From the NCBI RefSeq assembly GCF_036321535.1, contig NC_087437.1, forward strand, positions 27,096,001 to 27,160,000: 64,000 nt of DNA, in the 5' to 3' direction. The position numbers and the translations under genes were made by a program. Positions 54,799-64,000 of the stretch are shown piece after piece. This DNA comes from Camelus dromedarius (taxonomy: Eukaryota). The notes beneath the pieces are model-generated. The model was not told where the DNA came from. It worked only from the letters and a program-made list of their open reading frames with translations, and did not search any database. Position 1 is the first letter of the stretch. Each line of letters starts with the position of its first letter.

Positions 54799-55244
54799 TG
54801 TCAGGGCTGGAATTTGATTCTCCAGCTTACAAGCTAGCGAGTTAACTTTTTACTAGTCCATGGGACCTGGCAGGAGACAGGAGACTCCAAGGTCGGAAAC
54901 AAAGGACTTGATGACTCCCAGGACAGCAAGCAGCATGTTTGCATCAGGTTTGCCTTGCCCCCTAGTTCTGTAAGGGAGACACGACCTGGGTCAGGTGGAG
55001 GTGGCATGTGCAGTGAGTTTGTGCTCTAGATGAGGGACCCTGAGTTTGGGGAATTCATGGCTTTAACAGTAAGCAGTCAGCAAGCCTGCTCTTTGTCCCC
55101 AAGGGAGGCATTACCTCATCTCTCAAGGTTGCTGGCTGATGACACAACCCTGAGAAATGGCCCCAGTAAAGAGCAGTCAGGCCTTGTATCCTTGGCACAC
55201 CCAACTAGGTGTGTAGGTGCGTGGGAGTCCCATGGAGGAAGGTG
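54799..55244 (-). mobile_element. ERVL LTR (MER54/MER74-like) inserted in L2
   Basis: ggcaggagacaggagactcc...acaaaggact...cacaaccctgagaaatggccccagtaaagagcagtcaggcc. Confidence 0.7.
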
Positions 55245-56204
55245 GTAAATGTTTGTTGAATGAATGTATGAAAGAAACCTAGTCTAGTGACCAGGTACCA
55301 GGTATCTATGTCTGCAGATGGACTCACCTGAGGTCGGCACCTGCCTGGATCCCTGCATCTCACTTACTCTTGGATTCCCTTCTACCATTTTTCTTCTCTG
55401 CCCTTACCACACCTCACTCCCGCCTGCATTAACTGAGGCTGAATGTTTGCTGAAACTGTAGCATCTTTTGCTACCATCTGAGCCAGATATGATCTTCCTT
55501 TGGCTAGCTGGGCTACCCCCACTGTCTGTGGCTGAGCGTCCCCACAGAACCTGCCCCACCCCCACATGGCCTGCTGTGAAATGGCCCAAGATTGGCCCTG
55601 TCCCAGCATTGTGACACGAGGCATGTTAACGGTGGTGCTCCGATGGCATTTTCCGGTGCAGACCTGGTGTGGAAGAGCAGGGGCGTCTGCTGCAATTCTC
55701 CCCCTCCTCACCCTGGAATGTGCTCTGTGAAATGGCATTACATTGACCTCTCCCATAATGCAGAGTCATGGATTTGGAAAGTTCAGATTGTAAGTGTCCT
55801 GAGTTGACATAATTTAGTGAGGCTGACTGACTAGCAGAGCTCTCAGAGAATGAAGAAGTATTTGAAAAACCAATTAATTTAATTAGCAGAAAGGTCTGTC
55901 AGATAGTTGGAACATTTGTTGTAGTCTACCTGGAACATTCTTACCCTGCAAGCACATCCATGGGAAGTTAAATTCTATTGAGAAAGTGGCCTGGCAGGCA
56001 CAGAGTTAGACCCCACACTACGAGGAGCTGGCTAGACCCCAGGAAGGGTTCATGGCCTCCTGCTTTGAAAGCTGATGCATCTGTCTTCGTATTAGAAACA
56101 TTCCTGCCAGCTGGAGGCTTATTGTGTCCCCCAAGAGTTCTTGTTATGAGCCAGTGTTGCCTCTTGGATTCTCCTTTTGTAATATTTCTAGGGTTGACAA
56201 TTTT

Positions 56205-56322
56205 CCCTTTTTATATATGTATATTTTTATTGAAGTATAGTCAGTTTACAGTGTGTCGGTTTCTGGTGTACAGCATAATGCTTCAGTCATACATACACAT
56301 ACGTATATCCGTTTTCATATTC
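56205..56322 (-). mobile_element. Short L1 3' tail
   Basis: tttttattgaagtatagtcagtttacag...tgcttcagtcatacat; closely similar to the 3' half of the mini-L1. Confidence 0.8.
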
Positions 56323-57203
56323 AGTTCGCCCTTTTTGATCAACACGTTGTTTTCCTTTCTCTGGATTTTACTTGCAATTATTTTCTACTCTTTTACTATG
56401 TAACTGACACGTGAATACATTTTGTAAAAGATCCCGGCAAAACACAACGTCTAAGTTCTCTGCCACGTCTCTCTTGGCCCACTTTCAGTGGGACACCATG
56501 AAAGTACGTGTCCTGGAATATGGGAAGAACTGGACAAGAAGACCTTCATGTGTGCCGGTGACTATTTCTGGGAGAGGAGTTTCTTAGTGCTTTTTATTTT
56601 TTTCTTTACATTTTTCTGTTTTCTTAAAATAATAACTCATATGTTACTTCTAGAATAAGAAAAAAGTTTTCTTAAGAGAAAGGAAAAAGCATGGCCTTTG
56701 GAATCCCGCAGACATGGCTGTGAATGCTGGCTGTAGTCCTTTCTCTCTCTGGCTGTGCACAAACTATTTTACCCTCCCCGGCCTCAGTTTCCTCATCTGT
56801 AAAGAATGGGTATAATACCCCCTCCCTCCCTTACAGGGTTGTTATGGATAAAGTATGTGAAAGCACCTGACACATGATTGTCACTCACTAAATCAGTTTC
56901 CTCCCAAAGACAATAAAATACATGTTGCCCTGGGCCCCCTTTGCAGATTATCTCTAATTTTAAATATGAAACGTTCCAGAGCCACACAATTATGAAAATA
57001 CTGTGTATGCCTACGTGTGGTGTAGAAAAGGAAGTATAAGGATAAAACTGGTGAAAGGATGCACAACTGTGCAAGCGTACTTAATACATGAATTGTACAC
57101 TTAAAACACTATTCTAACCATTTTTATGTTAAGTAATTTTACCACTGCCCCCAAAAACCTGCTTAATAAAACTGCTAAAAGGAGGCTCACATGGGCACCT
57201 CTC

Positions 57204-57205
57204 GT

Positions 57206-57239
<34 letters not shown>

Positions 57240-57243
57240 TTGT
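57204..57243. repeat. (TG)n microsatellite
   Basis: Interrupted TG run. Confidence 0.9.
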
Positions 57244-58179
57244 GGCCTGCTGTTGTCTACGGCAGCAAACTTCTTTATCGTTAAAAAAAAAATGCTAAAA
57301 GGAGAGCGAGAAAACCTCTTTTCTTTCTCACTCCCTTTGAGCCCTGGGTTTTCTCAGATAAAGATGCTAAGTCACATTTTGTGTCTTACAGAGTTTCAGT
57401 CAAAGGGGCAATTTTATCCGTGTTGATTTCACTGGTCTAGTAAATACAGATCATACAGCATGAAAAGTATTTTTTGTTTGTATATTTCAAAAGAAAAAAA
57501 TTACCCAACTCAGTGATTATGTATCTTCCACCCTTGGCACAAGCTGGTTCTAGGATCAAAGCAGCAAGCTGGGCAGTGGGGAACCGGGTTATGACACCGG
57601 GTTAGAGGCACTGGCTGGTGTGTGTGTGTGTGTAGGAGGGTGGGTTGCGGTGGGGGCATATGGAAAAGGAGACCGTCTTTGACTTCCTTCCCCTTAGACC
57701 TCAACCTGCTGCTTCTGCATCTTTTCATCATAGTCTTACCAAAAGTTCTATCAACACATTGGCTCCACACTTGGAGAATATGCTGGGGGAAGGAACTGCG
57801 ACGCTTTGACTCTTTACTCCTCTCCTCCTGCCGGGAGTGATCTGACTTGGGCAGTCAGACGAGCTGCGATTTATCAGGGTCCCACTACGCCCAAGCGCAA
57901 ACGTTCCCTCCGCCGTGCTTTGCCAGCTTCTCGTGGCCACCCTCCGAGGTGGGCATTATTATCTCCATTTTATAAATGTGGCGACTGAAGCCCAGTGAGG
58001 CTAGTGTTCCGCCTAAAGCCTCACTGCTTATAAGTGGCAGAATCAGGATCCAAATCTTGATCTATTTAATCTCTAAAGTCTGTGCTCTTTTCATCATGCT
58101 TGGTAGGTCACTTCACTTATTTTAACTGTAGTACAAAAACAAGGGGAAAAGGAAAGAAAAGGCAGTGGGGTAGGACTAG

Positions 58180-58510
58180 ATCGGTGGTTCTCAAGTCTGG
58201 CTGCCTGTCGGGCTCTCCTGGGGAGCTTGAAAAAGGAGACATAAGTGCAGCCCTACCACCAGGGATTCCAACTCATGTCCTGGTATGCTTTAAAGTTCCC
58301 CAGGTGACTCTAAAGGGCAAGTGGCTAGAGAACCCCTGGTTTACACCAGTGCTTCTCCAACTTGAACTGCATCCAGACCACCTGGGATTGTGTAAAAATG
58401 CAGATTCTGGCGCAGTAGGCAGGGGTGAGTCCTGAGATGCTACAGTTCTAACAAGCTCCCAGGTGAGGCTGATGCCGCTGGTCTACGGACCACACTGTGA
58501 ATAGTGAGGG
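58180..58510. mobile_element. Two adjacent MER5-like MITEs
   Basis: ggtggttctcaag...gagaaccc and cagtgcttctccaac...aatgcagattctgg...ttctaacaagctcccaggtg. Confidence 0.8.
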
Positions 58511-59343
58511 TCTGAACCACGTCTAGGTTTCTGTCCCTTTCTAACATGCTATGACAGTGGCGAAAGCTGTTCTAAAGCACAGGTGTTCTGTATCCACCTG
58601 CATCTCTAGATCCTGTCATCCTTATCTGTTACAAATAAGCAGTCCTTCTGCTGGTGATCAGGGTACATGAAAGCCAAACACCAACACGATGGACCGTGGG
58701 ACATGGTGAAGGGGCAGGGACTATGCAATGGGTTCATATCCCAGTTCTGTTGCTTACCAGCTGTGTGAGTTTAGGCAAGTTACTTAATCTTTCTGGGCCT
58801 TAATTGCCTCAACTCCAAATCGAGGATAATAACTCTTATTGCATTGGTAAGTGTGGAGGATTAAATGGTTAATAGAGACAAAACACCTTGTACCAGTAGG
58901 TGCCCAATAAATGGCAACCATTGTTACCTTGGCAGACTTTCCACCAAACTGATCTAATCTTGTTATATGGCTCCCTGCAGGTCAGAGGAACTTTGATCTG
59001 TGCCCTCTGCACAAAGCAGAGTCTGCCTTTGATCTGAATGTCAGGTGACACTATGACATAAGATATCTCAAGGCACAGGACCTTCGGACCAGTGTTTCTG
59101 TCCTTGCCTGGGGCAGAGAAACTATTTCCTCCCTTCTCTGGGTTGTAGATTATCTCCCCATCTCTGTTCTCTGCCTGCCTGTGGAAATTCCCCAATGATT
59201 TTTGGTATAAAAACAGAGACCATTAACACTTAAGGTGTTGGCTCAGTGCTGTTATCAGACTAATCATTGGAAGTAATTTACCCAGTCAGTATTAACTAGG
59301 TGCCCTGGTGCCAGGGATAGAAGAATGAACAAAAACTTCACAA

Positions 59344-60077
59344 TCTCAAGTGCTGGAGAGGGTGTGGAGAAAAGGGAACCCTCCTATACTGTTGGTGGGA
59401 CTGTAGTTTGGTGCAGCCACTATGGAAAACAGTGTGGAGATTCCTTAAAAAACTGAAAATAGACTTACCCTATGATCCAGCAATCCCTCTTCTGGGCATA
59501 TATCTGGAAGAAACTAATTCAAAAAGATACATGCACCCCAATGTTCATAGCAGCACTATTTACAAAAGCAGGACATGGAAGCAACCTAAATGTCCATCAC
59601 AGATGATTGGATAAAGAAGTTGTGTGTGTACACAGACATAGACATGCACGCACAATGGAATACTACTCAGCCATAAAAAGAATGACAGCAACATAGTTGG
59701 ATGTGGAGATCATCCTAAGTGAAGTAAGCCAGAAAGAGAAAGAAAAATACCATATGTGGAGTCTTAAAAAAAAAAAAGGACACAAACTTATTTATGAAAC
59801 AGAGACAGGCTCACAGACATAGAAACAAACTTACGGTTACCAGAGGGGAAAATGTGTGGGGAGGGATAAACTGGGAGTTCAGGATTTGCAGATACTATTG
59901 TATATAAAGTAGATAAGCAACAATGTCCTTCTGTATAGCACAGGGAACTATATTCAATACCTTGTGATAGTCTATAATGAAAAAGAATATATATGTATGT
60001 ATAAATAAATCACTATGCTGTACACCAGAAATTAACAGATTTATAATAAATCAACTATAATTTCAGTTAAAAAAATA
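59344..60077 (+). mobile_element. 5'-truncated L1 3' end with 16-bp TSD
   Basis: ORF 59408-59614 ([31 protein letters not shown]); TSD aacaaaaacttcacaa at 59328-59343 and 60078-60093. Confidence 0.95.
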
Positions 60078-63000
60078 AACAAAAACTTCACAACCTCTTC
60101 ACCCTGGAGTTTGTTGTGGGGAGGGGGCAGATGTTGAACAAAAAAAATACACAATTGCCACTGTGGAAAGTACTATGAAGGGAAAGAACAAGTTCTCCTG
60201 AAAGAAATACTGAAGCACTTGTGGTGCCATCAGTTTTCATTTAAAAAGAGCCTTCTGAATGCCTGTGTGCAGGCTGGCTTGGAGCAGGGCACGTGGGAGG
60301 AGGACAAGCAGTTAGGAGCTCTGACAGCAGTCCAGGCCCAGGTGGTGGCAGTAGAGCAGGTGAGTTGGTGGGACTCCTCAGTCAAGACTAGGAGCAAATT
60401 CCCTTCTTTTGTCTTAATTATCATAAAAATGTCACTTCCAGTGGTTTGAAAAGTTTTATAATTTTACCCCTTTTACTCGATACAGAAGACACCATGCCAT
60501 CACAGGAAATTCTAACAAGTTGTGTGGTTTTAGGCCAGTGGCTTCCCCTCTGTATGTCTCCATCCATCCATCCACTCACCCACCCATTCATTCTCTAAAA
60601 TAGTGGTAGTGGTAGCAGTCATTGGTATCAGCAGGGTCTAACATTCTTTTTTGCCCTGTTGTTGGGGATTCTAAGACAAATTAAACATTCACAAATAAGA
60701 CATTTTAAGCTTCAAATTAGCAGCAGAAGCAGAAGGTTTAACACTGAGAGCGAGATTTCCTATTCTTTAAGAACTCTTGACTCCTTTTCTTCCAGGCCAG
60801 CACAGGTCAGTGAAATTATAATCATACTTCAAGCATAGAATGTATGAGTCAGGAAAGGTCAGGGTCATGGGCCTCTCAAGCCAGAACTACAAAGCAAAAC
60901 TGCAAAGCACCATCCCTGGCTTGAAACTGTGGGAGTATGAGAGGCAGCCGGAGCGTGACTCACCTGCTAACTCCAAATGACACACGCTGGGTTGCAATTA
61001 TTCCAGAACCACTGCATACAAAGCCCAGCTGGAATGATTTACACACCTTAACTTTAAATTTAAATAGCTCAGTTGTCTCAGGAAATTAGTACTATAGTAA
61101 AAACATTTAGAAAATAAAATTTCAAATGTTGCAGATTAGGAAATTTGGAACCAGGGAGGTCAAGTGATGGACCTAAGGTCATACTGCTGGCTACTTGACA
61201 AATCCCAAGAGCCTGAGGTTAGGGACAAGGAGAACTTCCTTGGGATGGAATCATAAGGGAGTTGCAGGATTCTGCCGCTAAGACAGAGACACCTCACCAT
61301 TAGCTGGCACCTGATGGCAGTTTCAGATTCGGCTCAGGTGAGTTCCAAGGTGGTTGATGCCTCCATGGCCTCTCCTTTGAAGTTTTCCATAATTTGGGCT
61401 GGACAGTTCACTGTGAGGACTCCATCCTCTGAATCCTCTAAATCTTAAGGATTCAGGGAAACCAAGACCAGTTCCCCCTCACAGAAAAGTCGGGAACCAC
61501 TGATCTTAAGACTGGTTAGTTTAAAACAATTTTTTAAAAAATATAGAATAATGTAAATACTAATATAACATACACCCAGGTTTCTGCAACCCAGAATTAA
61601 TGATTATTGTCATTTTATTGAGGTTTTTTGAAAACCTTTTATTGTTTAGAATGGCTCAGTCATCATAAGACACAGGCTGAATCTACCATCTTGCTTGATC
61701 AGCCAGATTTCTATCAAATTAGAATATAGAATTAGGACATGAAAGAGAAAATTTTTTTTAAAAATATGGTACATAAGTGGACCATGTGATGAGTTTTGAC
61801 AAATGCTTATCTCTGCATTTTAAGTTGCATTTGCAGTCAGAGCTACATAAAAGGAGATTTTATTTACATAACCTTTTTTGCTGTTTTTCACTTCCTCTTA
61901 AAAAAGGGAATAACCTGGGGATTTTTGTTTATTTTCTGGCAGAAGATGCTTAGTTTCCAAAAAGGAGAGTGAAAGTTAAGTTTACAGATTTCCAGTGACA
62001 GAAATTACACGGAGCTAGATAACAATGGAAAGTAAAAGTATAAAGTTTGGTTGCCTGAAACTTTATTCTCCTTTGTTAAGTTTCTAGAAACATGTCTGAA
62101 TTGGGAGTTGGGAAGTCTTCATTCTAGAATCATTGCTGCCTGTAATGCTTAACTGTGTGACTGTTGACCCCTCACTTTCTCTCTTTGGACTGAAAAAAAA
62201 AAAACCTAACATTTTATGCTTGTGGAATAGCTTGATTCTACTGTCTGCACCTTTATGGTCTTTTAATTATAGCTTTACCCTTTGGTACCTTGTTGACCAG
62301 TTGTTCCTAATTTCTTCTGTCGTGTAACAAGGAGCGTTAGGTATGGCCACGAAGGGATGGTGACAAGCTAGGCTACTTTATGCACAGAACACGTTGCCTG
62401 GGTGTCTGCGTGCACTGGACAGCCACACCTGGACAGCTCTGTCCCGGAAGGTCAAAGTCCACCTGCTCCTGGATCCTAGTTTCACCTCCACAGATTCCTC
62501 CATAAACTGGCTTGAAGTGTGACTTTCCTAGTGACAAAAATTGTGGTTTTTATTCATTTACCAAACATGGTTTAAACATCTTCTTCTGTTCAAGGCACTG
62601 CTTCTTTACCTTTATATGAAGAATAGTCTTGAAGATAAGTTACTTTAGCTATTCCTTAACCATCAGAACTCTATCCTGGCTGAAAACTCAGCCCTGCTTC
62701 TCACCTAAAAAGCAGAAACTTCTCCAAAGCCATCACTCCCACCTGGTGCTTCTCTGATGCCATTGGGCCACTAATGTAAGCAGTCTTCAATCCTCACCGA
62801 GCATTCGGGGCTAAAATTGTGAACTCCTTTGAGAGTTTAGGGACAGGACTGATAGAGTGGGTCACCTTGGTTCAAACCCAGCACTCTGGACATCAGCTTT
62901 AGCCAAGCCTCTTCCTTCTGATTCTGTAAAACAGGAGAAATACTCTCCTTCCATCAGCGTTGGCACCAGCAGGCAGAAAGAGCCCCTCCAAGGAGACCTG

Positions 63001-63217
63001 GCACAACAGTGACACTCCATGGTTCAGAGAAGGGAGTCTGGATCCCCGTGCTGCCTCTGACCCGTGCCATGACCTTGGATGAATGACTGTGTCTTCCTGT
63101 GGAAACAGTGAGCGCTCCAAGCCCAGGGTAGTGTACCTGCACACAGTAGGTTTCCAATAAACACATATTGTATATTCCACTCAGAAGATGAAGCATGACA
63201 GTCATTTTTGGAAAATA

Positions 63218-63223
63218 TTTATT
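63218..63223 (-). terminator. Polyadenylation signal AATAAA
   Basis: tttatt on + strand; U-rich upstream and GU/U-rich downstream on the minus strand. Confidence 0.7.
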
Positions 63224-63651
63224 AAAAAACTAAAGTGAATGTGGCAAAAAAACAAACAAAAAAACCAACCCAACACATACCTTTAAATAGCAAGCATATG
63301 ACACTGGTTATAAAGCTTTTCCAACTCTACTGATCTAGTCTTTCTCACCAACTAAGTCCAGAAGGGCCTCCGAGGGAAGCCACGTGTAAACAGGTGATCT
63401 GCACTAGTGATGAGCAAAAACTGCGTGAGAACTATCGACGGCCATCTGACTTGCTTCCCTAGGCAACCCACCCCGAACACAAGAGAGTGACCAAATCTCA
63501 GGAGTGTGTTCACAGGGATCTGTAATTCTAGGTTTAATCTGGGGGGCGGGGGGGGGGGCAGGGCGGAGGAAATAGTAGAAAGACAGACAGTATCAGTAGA
63601 GGGCAATCTTAGAGCACCTTTAAAATCTGGACCCTTCTCCACAGTTTAACC

Positions 63652-63791
63652 CAGTGAGTCTCAAATGTGACTGTTGAGGAGAATCACCTGATGAGATTGT
63701 TAAATTTGCAGGTGCCCCCAAATGTATGTTGAAGCTGAGCACGCAAGTGATTCTACGCCTACTGGTTAGCCATCTGGTTTGAGAAACACTG
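63652..63791. mobile_element. MER5-like MITE inside the putative SIAH2 3' UTR
   Basis: Terminal inverted repeats cagtgagtctcaaa / tttgagaaacactg; internal gaatcacctg. Confidence 0.7.
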
Positions 63792-64000
63792 TTTAAAATG
63801 TGTTAAAAACCATTCCTACCCCCTAAACATGAGATAAGAGTACAGTCAACGAATCTGGCGATAGTCACTGTGCTGTTGCCAGCTTGGAGGGACCAGGTAC
63901 AGGGAGGCAGGCAGGAAGGAGCCTCCAACTCCTAACGTTCTGGTCTCTAGGGGCCTGAGCCACCGGTCAGGTGCGGGAAGTAAATAAAATGTAATTAATA

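Larger units (their letters stand above)
63200..64000 (-). other. SIAH2: Distal 3' UTR of the next minus-strand gene, probably SIAH2
   Basis: UTR-like U-rich unique sequence ending at a minus-strand AATAAA. The name rests on recalled synteny (SIAH2 lies ~40 kb upstream of ERICH6 on the same strand in human); no coding sequence is in the window. Confidence 0.65.

Noticed and set aside
63156..63161. + strand AATAAA facing the minus-strand poly(A) site
   Set aside because: No evidence of a + strand transcript; the hexamer is common by chance.

Overview
Mammalian genomic DNA, very probably a camelid (alpaca, llama or camel), judged from five copies of a vic-1-like tRNA-derived SINE. The left third carries coding exons 1-11 of ERICH6 (FAM194A) on the minus strand. 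All eleven exons splice in frame with GT/AG boundaries, from a CpG-island promoter near 21.3 kb down to exon 11 at 447-532; the remaining exons lie left of the window. Next comes about 42 kb of repeat-rich intergenic DNA (L1, L2, MIR, ERV/MaLR LTRs, hAT MITEs). The last ~800 bp look like the distal 3' UTR and poly(A) site of the next minus-strand gene, SIAH2 by synteny. Most notable observations: (1) a 346-bp TSD-flanked mini-L1 in which the L1 5' promoter end is fused to the L1 3' end right after an AG, consistent with a spliced, ORF-less L1 RNA that was retrotransposed; (2) a U12 minor-spliceosome donor after exon 11; (3) apparent start-codon turnover (ancestral ATG to TTG, with a new ATG 3 codons downstream); (4) two old repeats that now carry CpG-rich promoter-like cores. 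Gene and repeat family names come from recall and pattern recognition, not from database searches.
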